Of a stretch of 64,000 nt of DNA, positions 52,561 through 63,344 are shown piece after piece (the first letter of the stretch is position 1; each line of letters begins with the position of its first letter). The DNA is taken from the sequence record OW969666.1. The stretch is one strand, 5' to 3'. This stretch comes from a plasmid. Below the pieces are notes generated by a model that was not told where the DNA came from, did no database searches, and saw nothing but the letters and a program-made list of their open reading frames with translations. The position numbers were made by a program, and so were the translations under genes.

Positions 52561-53744
52561 AGACCTGCAAACGGCCATTCAGGCTCGTAATGTGACAAAA
52601 ACTCCGGCGGGATGCCCTCCTTGGTGAACGTGGCGCGCAAACGTTCCAGGGATTCGGGGTCGCGTCGCCCGTAGGACGCCAGTGTGAACAGCAAGCGGGC
52701 CGTCTCCGGGTTGTGTCGCGCTTCAATGATGGCCTCATCGATGGCCTGGGCTGCTCGTTGCCAGTGGTTGATGGGTTCCGGCTTCGGCACCTTCGCCGGC
52801 AGGCCGTTGGTGAAACCAGTGTACGGCTCCGTCTGAAACAGCGCGGCCTGTTCCCCGCGCGGGATCAGCGCCTTTGACTCGATCAGCGTGATGGCGGTGG
52901 CCGCCGCCTCCAGCATCTGCCACTGCACCGCCGGGGCCAGAATCTCGTAGGGACGCCACAGACTCTGCCCGGCGCGCAGCGGATGGCCGCAGCGCTCCCA
53001 GACATGGCGGATGCTCGCCGAGCAACTGCCGCAGTGCGAGAGCGGCGTGTTCAGCTCATCAAGCAGGGTGCGCAGCAGCCGGAACCACAAGCCGGCGTGG
53101 ACACGCCGACGCGGCAGCTCCACAAAACCCGTCGTCAGCGCCTGCCAGGTGCGCCGGTCCATGCAGGCGATTGCGTCATCGGCAGGGCGCGGCGCAGCAT
53201 CGGCGATTTCCCACTGAAGATACCGGCCGGGCATGCCCCAGTAGGACTCCAGCCAGCAGCCATGCTGCGGGCAGCTCAGCATCAAGGGGAGCTGCCAGAC
53301 GAGTAGCACAGCTTGATTCGTTGGATCGTTCAGACACTGCGGACACGCCCGGCGAATCGTCTGGCTCGGTAGCCAGGCACGCCAGCGAGTGATGGACCGC
53401 ACCTTGCGGGTGCGCTTGGGCAGGAGCACCGCGCATTGGAATGTATAGGTTTCCAAGGCTGCTGGTACCGAATCGTCGAGACTGTCGAGCAGCCACGGCA
53501 CCCAGCCTGCAAGACTCATGCTGCGCAACCGCTCCAGCTCGACGCCACTGCGCTGGCAGAGCGCCGTCAGCAACGACAAGGATGGTGCGGTATCCAGGTC
53601 ATCAAGTTGGCTGTGACCAAGATCGTGGGCCAGCAGCTCGTGCACGTCCATCTGGTAGCAGGCGGCGACCCGGTTGAGCCATGAGGACAGGGCTTCGCCT
53701 TCCTTGGGTGCCGGATGCAGCGGCCAGCGCGGCGCGGACTTCAC
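52527..53744 (-). CDS. tniQ: TniQ
   Basis: 405 aa, in tni gene order. Confidence 0.85.
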   Translation of the reverse strand: MKSAPRWPLHPAPKEGEALSSWLNRVAACYQMDVHELLAHDLGHSQLDDLDTAPSLSLLTALCQRSGVELERLRSMSLAGWVPWLLDSLDDSVPAALETYTFQCAVLLPKRTRKVRSITRWRAWLPSQTIRRACPQCLNDPTNQAVLLVWQLPLMLSCPQHGCWLESYWGMPGRYLQWEIADAAPRPADDAIACMDRRTWQALTTGFVELPRRRVHAGLWFRLLRTLLDELNTPLSHCGSCSASIRHVWERCGHPLRAGQSLWRPYEILAPAVQWQMLEAAATAITLIESKALIPRGEQAALFQTEPYTGFTNGLPAKVPKPEPINHWQRAAQAIDEAIIEARHNPETARLLFTLASYGRRDPESLERLRATFTKEGIPPEFLSHYEPEWPFAGLRLNDGLSDSF

Positions 53745-54658
53745 ATCAGTTCCCGCTCGAACTGTCGCCGCCGCTCACTGGGGCCGATGTAGTCGGCCAT
53801 GCTGAGCGTGCGGTGGTTGATCGCTTCCTCGCCACTCTCCACGGCGGCGACGGCCGCCGCCACCAGCAGATGTGCAAGCTCGCCGATGGTGCCTTCGCTC
53901 CGGGTGAGCAGGTAGCGGGCCATGTCCAGCGTGGCAATCGGGGATGGCCGCCGTAGCGGGAGTGACGCCGCGAAGCTGGCCAGCAGCGAGCAGCAGTCCT
54001 CATTGGCCTCCCACGGCGGCAGCAGCATCGGCTCGAAGCGGTTTTCCAACTGATCGTCCGAACGGATGGCCAGGTACGCCTCGCGCGTGCCGACCCCGAC
54101 CAGGGGGATACGCAGCTCGTTGCCGAGGAAGCGCAGCAGGTTGAGGAACTCGCGCCGGTTAACGCTGTTGCCAGCCAGTACATTGTGCAGTTCGTCGATC
54201 ACCAGCATGCGCACGCCGACCTTGCGCAGCAGGGCCAGCGCCAGTTGCTCCATTTCCGGCAGCCGTGGGCGCGGGCGCAGCGGCGCGCCCATCGCAGCCA
54301 GCAGCGCGACATAGAAGCGGATCACCGATGGCTCTGACGGCATCTGCACGACCAGCACCGGGATATGTTCTTGGTCAGCGTCGGTGCCGACCGGGTGCGC
54401 CCGCCGGAATTTCTCGACGATCATCGACTTGCCGTTGTTGGTGGGGCCGACCAGCAGCAGGTTTGGCATGCGTTGCTTGTTCGGCCACGCATACAGAGTT
54501 TCCAGCCGGTTCAGCGCCTCGACCGCGCGCGGGTAGCCGATCCAGCGGTCGGCGCGAATGCGCTGGATGCGCTCGTCTGCCGGCAGCCTGGCCAAACCCT
54601 GTGCCGCTGGCAGCAGGTGGGACAGGTCAATGACGGGATATTCGTCCACGGCTACCAC
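53741..54658 (-). CDS. tniB: TniB AAA+ ATPase
   Basis: Walker A LVGPTNNGKS. Confidence 0.9.
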   Translation of the reverse strand: MVAVDEYPVIDLSHLLPAAQGLARLPADERIQRIRADRWIGYPRAVEALNRLETLYAWPNKQRMPNLLLVGPTNNGKSMIVEKFRRAHPVGTDADQEHIPVLVVQMPSEPSVIRFYVALLAAMGAPLRPRPRLPEMEQLALALLRKVGVRMLVIDELHNVLAGNSVNRREFLNLLRFLGNELRIPLVGVGTREAYLAIRSDDQLENRFEPMLLPPWEANEDCCSLLASFAASLPLRRPSPIATLDMARYLLTRSEGTIGELAHLLVAAAVAAVESGEEAINHRTLSMADYIGPSERRRQFERELM

Positions 54659-56331
54659 TCCTCGATCTGATCGAACGGTTTGGCCGGCGGCAGGTTGTCT
54701 GCCTGCGGGTCAGCCATGTCCACATCCGGCGGTATGGGCTTGGCCGGTGGCTCCGACGTCTTGAGGTGCTGGCGGCGATCAGCGTCGCGCCGCGCCTTGC
54801 GCGTGGCCTTCTGGGCGGTGGTCACGATCTCGCGCATCTGCCCGATCATGCGGAACAGCGCCGACTCGTCCACCTGCTCGCGCCCGAGCTGACGCAATTT
54901 GGCCAGCGCCTGGCGTTGTTCCCAGAGGGTGACGGCCGGATGGGACAAGGTGCGGTAGTGGATCTCCAGATAGTGCTGACCTTCCGGTTCCAGTACCCAG
55001 ATGCGGCTGATGTCGCGCGGATCGCGCCGGATCAGGAAGGCGGGCAAGCGCTCGCGCCGGGCAATCCACGGCTTGAGGGCGTCGGCGTAGTAGTGGATGT
55101 GGTCGATGACAAAGCCGGTGCGGGTCAGGGTGCGGCGGATCACCGGCAGGAAATCGACCAAAAACGCGGTGGGGCGGGTAACGACGGCCGGGACGCCAAC
55201 GCGCTCCACGGCCTCGGCCCAGCGCGCGGCCGGCGGCTGGAGCAGGCCGTTGTGCACGGAGCCGTGATAGGTGCCTACCGCCAACGCGAGCCAGCGCTCC
55301 AGCTCGCGCAGCGTCAGGGTGGCCATCTTCTCGGAATCGTACTCGCCGCGCTGGCCGGGATTGGAGAAGGTCGTCCCCGGTAATTCGTCGTGGATCATCT
55401 GCATCGCCGTGCCGATGATCCGTTCCACGATGCCGCCGTAGTGCGGCTGGCCTGGTGGGCGATAGTCCAGCCGGATGCCATGCTGTTCGCAGCCACGGCG
55501 CAGCGCTTCGCTTTTGAACTCGGCCGCGTTGTCCAGATAGAGCAGCCTGGGCTTGCCGCTCATCGGCCAGTCCATTTCCACATTCAGCCCTTCCAGCCAG
55601 GGCCGCTTGTCGCAGGCGGCATGCGCGAGGCATAGGCCGACCGAGACGGCGGACGGCGCTTCCAGCGTGACCACCATGCCGAGTACGCAGCGCGTGAACA
55701 CGTCGATGGCGAGGGTCAAATATGGGCGGCCAATCGGTTGCCGGTCGCGCTCGTCGACCACGATCAGGTCGATGACGGTGTGGTCGATCTGCACCTGTTC
55801 CAGCGGCATGGTGACTTCGGGCGGAATGCCACCCGCGCCTTGCAAGGGACGGGCAGCGTCCTGCCCGCCCCGGCTGCGGGCTATTTTCGCCGGATGTAGT
55901 CCGGCAATCCGCTGGGCCACGGTGTTGCGCGCCGGCACCGGCAGCTTCTGGGTTTTGCACGCCTGCGCGACTTCGCGGTGGAACGCCGCCAGGCTGCGTT
56001 TCTGCTTGGTCAGGAAGCGCTTTTGCAGCAGCTCGCGGATGATGCGCTCGACCGGTTCCGGCAAGCGCCCCTTGCCTTTGCCGCCGCCGGATCGGCCGGG
56101 CGTCAGGTCTGTTACCAGGCCAGTACCCTGCCGGGCGCGACGGATCAGGACATATACCTGTCGCCGGGACAGGCCCAGCGCTTGGGCTGCCTCATCGGCG
56201 GCTTCATGCCCGACCACCTCAAGCGCTGCCAGTGGCCCGATGATTTCCGTCCGGTGCCGGGCTTGCGCCCATGCCTCGTCGGGCAGGGTGGCCACGCCTT
56301 GCGCGGCAATCGGTGGAGTGTCTGATGTCAT
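54652..56331 (-). CDS. tniA: TniA DDE transposase, 559 aa from the internal ATG
   Basis: MTSDTPPIAAQGVATLPDEAW… matches the Tn402/Tn5053 TniA N-terminus; the track ORF start 56424 is an upstream extension. Confidence 0.9.
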   Translation of the reverse strand: MTSDTPPIAAQGVATLPDEAWAQARHRTEIIGPLAALEVVGHEAADEAAQALGLSRRQVYVLIRRARQGTGLVTDLTPGRSGGGKGKGRLPEPVERIIRELLQKRFLTKQKRSLAAFHREVAQACKTQKLPVPARNTVAQRIAGLHPAKIARSRGGQDAARPLQGAGGIPPEVTMPLEQVQIDHTVIDLIVVDERDRQPIGRPYLTLAIDVFTRCVLGMVVTLEAPSAVSVGLCLAHAACDKRPWLEGLNVEMDWPMSGKPRLLYLDNAAEFKSEALRRGCEQHGIRLDYRPPGQPHYGGIVERIIGTAMQMIHDELPGTTFSNPGQRGEYDSEKMATLTLRELERWLALAVGTYHGSVHNGLLQPPAARWAEAVERVGVPAVVTRPTAFLVDFLPVIRRTLTRTGFVIDHIHYYADALKPWIARRERLPAFLIRRDPRDISRIWVLEPEGQHYLEIHYRTLSHPAVTLWEQRQALAKLRQLGREQVDESALFRMIGQMREIVTTAQKATRKARRDADRRQHLKTSEPPAKPIPPDVDMADPQADNLPPAKPFDQIEEW

Positions 56332-56449
56332 GCCCAAACCTCGCTTTGGTGCACACGAGTATTGAGCATAGTCGAGATTGGTGCAGACGACTCCTGATAT
56401 TGGGCTGTCAGGAGCCGTATGCACACCAGGCGTTACATCCAGTCAGATG

Positions 56450-56474
56450 GTGCGGTCGTCTTCTGAAAACGACA
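56450..56474 (-). repeat. Tn402/Tn5053-type IRt
   Basis: Plus strand gtgcggtcgtcttctgaaaacgaca; followed by ccggg. Confidence 0.85.
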
Positions 56475-56924
56475 CCGGGCGTCTTCGCGCCCGTGATCGA
56501 GAACGCCAAGCGGCCCGATGCCGGCGCCGTCATGGCGTGGGGTGTCGCGATCGTGGCGGTGATGATCCTCTTCACCCCTTTGCTGCTGCGCTGTCCACCA
56601 TTCCGGCGCTGGTATGGCCGGACGGATGCGCTGTCGGAGCGGCAGCGCCAGGCGCTTGCCGAGCGCGGCCTGCGCCGCTACTACCAGACCGCTTTCGATG
56701 ACGGCTACGTGCCCCGCGTGATGCCCTACGTGTGGCGCATCATCTGGACGGTCGGCGGGTTGATGGCTGTGACCGCCGTACTGCCTACCAACACCGGACG
56801 GCCAGCCTTCGATGCCTTGGTGGTCTTCTCGACCTGGTATCCGATAGGCGTGATGCTGCTGGTTTTCGCGTCGAGGCCCCTTGGCCGGTTGATTCGCCAA
56901 AGAGCACAGGAGCGGCGGAAATGA
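56475..56924 (+). pseudogene. 3' fragment of the split 3-TM membrane-protein gene
   Basis: …PGVFAPVIENAKRPDAGAVMAWGVAIVAVMILF… in frame with 46645-46700 once the transposon and one copy of CCGGG are removed. Confidence 0.6.
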
Positions 56925-57292
56925 GCACGTCAACCATCGAGGCGCTGGCCAGCGCCTGGGCAAGGATTGCCGAGGAAGCGGAATTCCCCGCTGACTACGA
57001 GGGGACTGCCACACCACAAGCGCATCGGGCTAGCGAAGCTATTCAGGAGCAGATTCGGGAGCGCATCGTCGCCACCAACGACATGCGGCTGTTCAGCCTG
57101 CTGCACCTGCTGGGTCAGGCGTCGCTGCGCATGGAGCAAGCGCTGTGGCCGGAGGATTACGAGCGGATGACGCGCGAGGTTGAGGAAGCCCTGCGGCAAG
57201 CCACCGACGCCAACGCCAGATCGTACACCCACGAAGAAGTGATGCAGGCGATGCAGGAACGCATCGACCGGGCGCGAGACAAGCCATGTTGA
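56921..57292 (+). CDS. Hypothetical protein, 123 aa (third gene of the operon)
   Basis: ATGA overlaps at both junctions. Confidence 0.55.
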   Translation: MSTSTIEALASAWARIAEEAEFPADYEGTATPQAHRASEAIQEQIRERIVATNDMRLFSLLHLLGQASLRMEQALWPEDYERMTREVEEALRQATDANARSYTHEEVMQAMQERIDRARDKPC

Positions 57293-57843
57293 TTGGCTAT
57301 GCGCGCGTCTCGACGCAGGATCAGAACCTGGAGCTGCAACGCGAAGCCTTGAGCAAGGCCGGATGTAAAAAGGTCTTCGAGGACAAGGTGAGTGGCACGC
57401 GGGCAGACCGGCCTGGCTTGGCCAAGACGCTCGAAATGCTGCGCGAAGGCGATACTTTGGTCGTCTGGAAGCTCGACCGGCTGGGCCGGTCGGTCAAGCA
57501 ACTGGTCGATCTGGTCGGCGATCTGCACAAGCACGGTGTCCAGTTCAGGAGCCTCACCGACTCCATCGACACCGGCACACCATCCGGGCGGTTCTTCTTC
57601 CACGTCATGGCGAGCCTTGCCGAAATGGAGCGCGAGCTGACCGTCGAGCGCACCCGCGCCGGGCTGGAAGTCGCCAAGCAGCTCGGCCGCAAAGGCGGCC
57701 GCAAGCCGAAGATGACCGACAGCAAGATCGAGTCGGCCAAGAAGCTGCTGGCCAGCGGGGTGCCGCCCAAGGACGTGGCCAAGAACCTCGGCGTGTCCAT
57801 TCCGACGCTGTACCGCTGGGTGCCAGCCTCCACGCACGCTTAG
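57286..57843 (+). CDS. Serine recombinase/resolvase, 185 aa
   Basis: MLIGYARVSTQDQNLELQ… catalytic Ser region; C-terminal HTH; stop overlaps the Tn21-type inverted repeat. Confidence 0.85.
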   Translation: MLIGYARVSTQDQNLELQREALSKAGCKKVFEDKVSGTRADRPGLAKTLEMLREGDTLVVWKLDRLGRSVKQLVDLVGDLHKHGVQFRSLTDSIDTGTPSGRFFFHVMASLAEMERELTVERTRAGLEVAKQLGRKGGRKPKMTDSKIESAKKLLASGVPPKDVAKNLGVSIPTLYRWVPASTHA

Positions 57844-57854
57844 CGTGCTTTATT

Positions 57855-59181
57855 TAATGAGATGGTCACTCCCTCCTTCCCGGTACTATGCTGAGGACAG
57901 GCTTTCATTCGGAGAACTATCATGGAAAACATTGCGCTCATTGGTATCGATCTGGGTAAAAACTCTTTCCATATTCATTGCCAGGATCGTCGCGGGAAGG
58001 CTGTTTACCGTAAAAAATTTACCCGGCCAAAGTTGATCGAATTTTTGGCGACATGCCCCGCTACAACCATCGCAATGGAAGCCTGTGGCGGTTCTCACTT
58101 TATGGCACGCAAGTTGGAAGAGTTGGGGCATTCCCCAAAGCTGATATCACCACAATTTGTCCGCCCGTTCGTTAAAAGCAATAAAAACGACTTTGTCGAC
58201 GCCGAAGCTATTTGTGAAGCTGCATCGCGTCCGTCTATGCGTTTTGTGCAGCCCAGAACGGAATCTCAGCAGGCAATGCGGGCTCTGCATCGTGTCCGTG
58301 AATCCCTGGTTCAGGATAAGGTAAAAACAACCAATCAAATGCATGCTTTTCTGCTGGAATTTGGCATTAGCGTTCCCCGAGGAGCTGCCGTTATTAGCCG
58401 ACTGAGTACCATTCTTGAGGATAATAGTTTGCCTCTTTACCTCAGCCAGTTATTGCTGAAATTACAACAGCATTATCACTATCTTGTTGAGCAGATTAAA
58501 GATTTGGAATCCCAGTTGAAACGAAAGTTGGACGAAGATGAGGTTGGACAGCGCTTGCTGAGCATTCCCTGCGTCGGAACACTGACAGCGAGTACTATTT
58601 CAACTGAGATTGGCGACGGGAAGCAGTACGCCAGCAGCCGTGACTTTGCGGCGGCAACAGGGCTTGTACCTCGGCAGTACAGCACGGGAGGTAGGACGAC
58701 ATTGCTGGGAATTAGTAAGCGAGGTAATAAAAAGATCCGAACTTTGTTGGTTCAATGTGCCAGGGTATTCATACAAAAACTGGAACACCAGTCTGGCAAA
58801 TTGGCCGATTGGGTCAGGGATTTACTGTGCCGGAAAAGCAACTTTGTCGTCACTTGTGCTCTGGCAAACAAGCTGGCCAGAATAGCCTGGGCCCTAACGG
58901 CACGACAGCAAACTTATGTAGCATAACGGCAGAAATACACCGGTTTAAAGAATTACTGATCTGGTTTTGCGAATACTGATATTGATGATACTAACGGCCC
59001 ACCGGCCTGTTGAGGAACCTGTAAAACGGAAAGGCTCATTGAAGCCGTATATTTTCTGGAGGTTCATCAGGCGCGGAACTCATCAAGGCGCGGGAATAAA
59101 ATCCCATTCAGACGCCGGATAGATTCAAGCAAGCCAACTTGTCGTCAAAATCGGTGTTGCAAAAACGGGAGTGACCATAGA
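57855..59181 (+). mobile_element. IS4321/IS5075-like element, 1327 bp, copy 2 (inverted relative to copy 1)
   Basis: Sequence is the reverse complement of 46786-48112. Confidence 0.9.
57922..58926 (+). CDS. IS110-family transposase, 334 aa (identical to 47042-48046)
   Basis: Identical protein. Confidence 0.9.
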   Translation: MENIALIGIDLGKNSFHIHCQDRRGKAVYRKKFTRPKLIEFLATCPATTIAMEACGGSHFMARKLEELGHSPKLISPQFVRPFVKSNKNDFVDAEAICEAASRPSMRFVQPRTESQQAMRALHRVRESLVQDKVKTTNQMHAFLLEFGISVPRGAAVISRLSTILEDNSLPLYLSQLLLKLQQHYHYLVEQIKDLESQLKRKLDEDEVGQRLLSIPCVGTLTASTISTEIGDGKQYASSRDFAAATGLVPRQYSTGGRTTLLGISKRGNKKIRTLLVQCARVFIQKLEHQSGKLADWVRDLLCRKSNFVVTCALANKLARIAWALTARQQTYVA

Positions 59182-59614
59182 TTCCGTTTTCTGAGACGAC
59201 CCCAACCAGCTACATACGATCATAAGTGACACAACATTAATATGAAGCGACATTCACCAAATGAACCTTCGTCATTTCAGATAGTTAGCTTACTTGCATG
59301 TCCTCATCCCATGAAGGGGAGGGCCTACCCCTGGCATCGAGCAAAACTGACCACCCTGCCCTTATTAAGACCCCACATGCGGCAATGGTGCCCTGTCCAC
59401 GCCGCCCGCGATTTTTGAGGAAATGGGAAGAAAATAAAAAGAAAACAAAAAGTTATCGGCTGAAGTATCGGCGCAGATCGGGAATCAGGCGAAGCCTGAC
59501 AGCACGTTGGGGCCTGGCAGGGGGCTTGAGGGATGAGGACATGCAACTCTGATAGCCTTCCCGCCACGGGGTCGGTTAAATTCGTATCCGGCCGGTGCAA
59601 TTCCAACGGCCGCG

Positions 59615-60046
59615 TTACCAGTTCGCCGGGTAGCATGGCCAGCAAAGCCAGGCATCGAGCACCCGGGTTTCACTAACGGCCGCTGCATAGACGCCGGTAT
59701 CCGGAAAGAAATAAACCGGGGTGGCGTTGTTCAGCTGGTCGCCTTCATCGGCCAGAGCGCCGATCACCTCATGAGGCTTCAGCAGCATATCCGTTAAATA
59801 TTCATCCGGGTGGATGGCATTCAGCGATATGGCCATCTCCAGAAATTCATCCAGTGTGTGGCGGGTACGATACCCCCGGAAAACCTCGTATGAAGGCGTG
59901 ACGCATTCACCATCCAGGGAACAGGCATCGTACCCGGCCAGCTGCTCTTCGGTGAGTCCGGAGGCATGCTTTGCCACAAGATTCGTAAACTGCTCTTTAT
60001 CGTCCATCACAATCCTTACGCTGTAGGGGCCTGTTTGTGTTATCAC
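59615..60046 (-). CDS. Hypothetical acidic protein, 143 aa
   Basis: ORF only; no family recognised. Confidence 0.45.
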   Translation of the reverse strand: MITQTGPYSVRIVMDDKEQFTNLVAKHASGLTEEQLAGYDACSLDGECVTPSYEVFRGYRTRHTLDEFLEMAISLNAIHPDEYLTDMLLKPHEVIGALADEGDQLNNATPVYFFPDTGVYAAAVSETRVLDAWLCWPCYPANW

Positions 60047-60352
60047 TGCTTCCGGATTTTACATCGCACAACCCGGCAGGTATCCGGTCGCCCGGGCGTC
60101 CTTTGCGGTCATGTTAGCCTTTGGCCTGTATTACGACGAATCCCTTTCACTACACGGGCTCGCAGGGTGACACCTCCCCTTTTCACCGGAAGCGAAAGAG
60201 GAAGAACAGTTTAACAGCCCGGATCCTCAATAATTTTTGCATAACGGACTAAATGACCGGTTTATGCAGCCCCTGTTACTTACTGTCGCGGTAAGGGGCT
60301 TTGTTGAATAAATCAGATTTCGGGTAAGTCTCCCCCGTAGCGGGTTGTGTTT

Positions 60353-61276
60353 TCAGGTAATACGCACGCTTTCAGGCATACCTGCTTTCGTCATTTTGTT
60401 CAGCGCTCGTACCAGGGCCATAGCCTCCGCAACCTGACCATCGTAGTCACGCAGCGTCAGTGAACCCCCGAACAGCTGTTTTACCCGGTACATCGCCGTT
60501 TCCGCTATCGAGCGACGGTTGTAATCTGTTGTCCATTTCCACCGCGCATTACTCCCGGTCATTCGCTGATTAGCCACTGCACGGTTACGGTCTGCATATT
60601 CACCGGGCCAGTAACCCGCACCTTTTCGGGGAGGGATAAGCGCGCTGATTTTCTTACGCCGCAGTTCATCGTGACATAGCCGGGTATCGTAAGCGCCATC
60701 GGCGGCGGCTGACCTGATTTTCCGGTGGGTTTGCCGGATAAGACCCGGGAAGGCTTCTGAGTCCGTCACATTGTTCAGCGACAGGTCAGCGCAGATGATT
60801 TCATGTGTTTTACTGTCAACGGCGAGATGCAGCTTACGCCAGATACGGCGGCGTTCCTGGCCATGCTTTTTGACTTTCCACTCGCCTTCACCGAAGACCT
60901 TCAGCCCGGTGGAATCAATCACCAGATGCGCGATTTCACCCCGGGTGAACGTTTTGAAACTGACATTAACCGACTTTGCGCGCTTGCTGACACTGGTGTA
61001 ATCCGGGCAGCGCAACGGAACATTCATCAGTGTAAAAATGGAATCAATAAAACCCTGTGCAGCCCGCAGGGTCAACCTGAACACGCGTTTAATGACCAGC
61101 ACAGTCGTGATGGCAAGGTCAGAATAGCGCTGAGGTCTGCCTCGTGAAGAAGGTGTTGCTGACTCATACCAGGCCTGAATAGCTTCATCATCCAGCCAGA
61201 AAGTTATGGAGCCACGGTTGATGAGGGCTTTATTGTAGGTGGGCCAGTTGGTGATTTTGAACTTTTGCTTTGCCAC
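60353..61276 (-). CDS. IS903-type transposase, 307 aa
   Basis: MAKQKFKITNWPTYNKALINRGS… full-length IS903-group transposase. Confidence 0.9.
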   Translation of the reverse strand: MAKQKFKITNWPTYNKALINRGSITFWLDDEAIQAWYESATPSSRGRPQRYSDLAITTVLVIKRVFRLTLRAAQGFIDSIFTLMNVPLRCPDYTSVSKRAKSVNVSFKTFTRGEIAHLVIDSTGLKVFGEGEWKVKKHGQERRRIWRKLHLAVDSKTHEIICADLSLNNVTDSEAFPGLIRQTHRKIRSAAADGAYDTRLCHDELRRKKISALIPPRKGAGYWPGEYADRNRAVANQRMTGSNARWKWTTDYNRRSIAETAMYRVKQLFGGSLTLRDYDGQVAEAMALVRALNKMTKAGMPESVRIT

Positions 61277-61317
61277 GGAACGGTCTGCTGACCTGCCCCC
61301 ACGATTAGATACAACAC

Positions 61318-62151
61318 TCAGTTAGTAACGTCGGAATCTTCATTCTCAGAATGACCCTTTCTCCAGCCCGCTGCAAATTCAGACGGTGTCTGATAATTCA
61401 GCGTGGAGTGCGGGCGGCATTCGTTATAATCCTGCCGCCAGTCATTAATAATTTTCCTGGCATGAACGATATCGCTGAACCAGTGCTCATTCAAACATTC
61501 ATCGCGAAATCGTCCGTTAAAGCTCTCAATAAATCCGTTCTGCGTTGGCTTGCCCGGCTGGATTAAGCGCAACTCAACACCATGCTCAAAGGCCCATTGA
61601 TCCAGTGCACGGCAAGTGAACTCCGGCCCCTGGTCAGTTCTTATCGTCGCCGGATAGCCTCGAAACAGTGCAATGCTGTCCAGAATACGCGTGACCTGAA
61701 CGCCTGAAATCCCAAAGGCAACAGTGACCGTCAGGCATTCCTTTGTGAAATCATCGACGCAGGTAAGACACTTGATCCTGCGACCGGTGGAAAGTGCGTC
61801 CATGACGAAATCCATCGACCAGGTCAGATTGGGCGCCGCCGGACGGAGCAGCGGCAGACGTTCTGTTGCCAGCCCTTTACGACGTCTTCTGCGTTTTACG
61901 CCCAGGCCACTGAGGTGATAAAGCCGGTACACGCGCTTATGATTAACATGAAGCCCTTCACGGCGCAGCAACTGCCAAATACGACGGTAGCCAAAACGCC
62001 TGCGCTCCAGTGCCAGCTCAGTGATGCGCCCTGATAAATGCGCATCAGCAGCCGGACGGTGAGCCTCATAGCGGCAGGTCGACAGGGATAAACCTGTAAG
62101 CCTGCAGGCACGACGTTGCGACAGACCGGTCGCATCACACATCAACATCAC
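61318..62151 (-). CDS. IS3-family OrfB (DDE)
   Basis: DDE integrase-core motifs. Confidence 0.8.
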   Translation of the reverse strand: MMLMCDATGLSQRRACRLTGLSLSTCRYEAHRPAADAHLSGRITELALERRRFGYRRIWQLLRREGLHVNHKRVYRLYHLSGLGVKRRRRRKGLATERLPLLRPAAPNLTWSMDFVMDALSTGRRIKCLTCVDDFTKECLTVTVAFGISGVQVTRILDSIALFRGYPATIRTDQGPEFTCRALDQWAFEHGVELRLIQPGKPTQNGFIESFNGRFRDECLNEHWFSDIVHARKIINDWRQDYNECRPHSTLNYQTPSEFAAGWRKGHSENEDSDVTN

Positions 62152-62174
62152 GGCTTCCCGCTTCTGGTCTGTCG

Positions 62175-62438
62175 TCAGTACTTTCGCCCAAGAGCCACCT
62201 GAAGCGCCTCTTTATCCAGCATGGCTTCGGCAAGCAGCTTCTTGAGTCTGGCGTTCTCTTCCTCAAGCGACTTCAGGCGCTTAACTTCAGGCACCTCCAT
62301 ACCGCCATACTTCTTACGCCAGGTGTAAAACGTGGCATCGGAAATGGCATGCTTGCGGCAGAGTTCACGGGCGGGTACCCCAGCTTCGGCTTCGCGGAGA
62401 ATACTGATGATCTGTTCGTCGGAAAAACGCTTCTTCAT
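62175..62438 (-). CDS. IS3-family OrfA (HTH)
   Basis: [20 protein letters not shown]… typical IS3-family OrfA. Confidence 0.8.
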   Translation of the reverse strand: MKKRFSDEQIISILREAEAGVPARELCRKHAISDATFYTWRKKYGGMEVPEVKRLKSLEEENARLKKLLAEAMLDKEALQVALGRKY

Positions 62439-62640
62439 GGGGATGTCCTCATGTGGCTTATGAAGACATTACTAACATCGGGGTGTACTAATCAACGGGG
62501 AGCAGGTCACTGCGTTGTCGGGAAGATACGTGATCTGATCCTTCAACTCAGCAAAAGTTCGATTTATTCAACAAAGCCGCGGTAAGGATAAAACCCTGGT
62601 TATGAAACAGAGTTTGTATCGACGTTTAGGTTTTGGTTGA

Positions 62641-63012
62641 ATGAGTAACTCTAAGCAACCGGAATATGACATGGCCAAAGTACAAGGGCTCTTTGTTGGA
62701 TACCGAAAATTTGCTGTTGATCGCGAGTGGCTTCGGCAGCAGGAAGAACAACGTTATCGGGATCGCCAGCGACAATTTGATGAATGGTCCAGAAAATGGG
62801 TCACTGTAACTAGGCTAAAAGAGACTCGTTTATGGACTGACGGAGCCATCAGGCGATGGCTGGGTGAACCTCAGCAACAGGGTAAATATAAAGTTTTCCC
62901 CGTTGAAGCGGTTTTGGCTGCTGAGAAGTTGAATGAGTTTCAGCTCTGGCTTAAACCCCGGCTGGAAAAGAAACGTGCCCAGCATCACCACTTTTTAATT
63001 CCATTTCTGTAA
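62641..63012 (+). CDS. Hypothetical protein, 123 aa
   Basis: ORF only. Confidence 0.4.
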   Translation: MSNSKQPEYDMAKVQGLFVGYRKFAVDREWLRQQEEQRYRDRQRQFDEWSRKWVTVTRLKETRLWTDGAIRRWLGEPQQQGKYKVFPVEAVLAAEKLNEFQLWLKPRLEKKRAQHHHFLIPFL

Positions 63013-63103
63013 AGTAGAAACAACGACAGTTCCGGCTGCATTCAAGGCTTCGGCATCTGGTCAGAAGTAAAGCGCCATTTTTCATTATAAGGGAGGTTAG
63101 ATA

Positions 63104-63295
63104 GTGGAAGGTATTGAGACACTGAGTTTGCGGCTTGATGAGAACGAAACTATGGCCCTTGCTCAATTTGTTAAACGTCTGAGCTGGAGCGATCTACGTG
63201 GTTGTGCTGTGAGTGACGAAGAAGCCTGGGTAATGAAAAGCGCAGTTGATAAATTACAACAGGCGTTAAGGGAAGAAGGTTATGCGCCTCGATGA
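63104..63295 (+). CDS. Hypothetical small protein, 63 aa
   Basis: RBS GGGAGG upstream. Confidence 0.35.
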   Translation: MEGIETLSLRLDENETMALAQFVKRLSWSDLRGCAVSDEEAWVMKSAVDKLQQALREEGYAPR

Positions 63296-63344
63296 TGCAG
63301 GCTTCGTGTTATTTTCCGATGACAAATTTTCTTAAGGACTAAGT

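Larger units (their letters stand above)
57839..59203 (-). repeat. Tn21-family 38-bp inverted repeat interrupted by the second IS4321-like copy
   Basis: Minus strand GGGGTCGTCTCAGAAAACGGAA | IS | AATAAAGCACGCTAAG (perfect Tn21/Tn1696-type repeat). Confidence 0.85.
61286..62509 (-). mobile_element. IS3-family element (~1.22 kb) nested in the IS903-like element
   Basis: Imperfect terminal repeats TGACCTGCCCCCACGATTAG…/…CTAATCAACGGGGAGCAGGTCA; orfA plus orfB. Confidence 0.75.
60297..62578 (-). mobile_element. IS903-like (IS5-family) element interrupted near its right end by an IS3-family element; 9-bp direct repeat GCGGTAAGG on both flanks
   Basis: 18-bp inverted repeats GGCTTTGTTGAATAAATC at both ends; repeats are 2282 bp apart versus ~1057 bp for an intact IS903. 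Confidence 0.85.

Noticed and set aside
52983-56424. Alternate-frame ORFs across tniQ/tniB/tniA (for example 54779-55960, 54766-55383, 55553-56365, 53746-54183) and the 31-codon extension of tniA to 56424
   Set aside because: GC-rich overlapping frames. TniA homology starts at MTSDTPP (56331).
59615-60046. Assigning the 143-aa acidic protein to an anti-restriction (ArdA/ArdB/KlcA) family
   Set aside because: I could not find convincing motif matches to those families from memory. It is left as a hypothetical protein.
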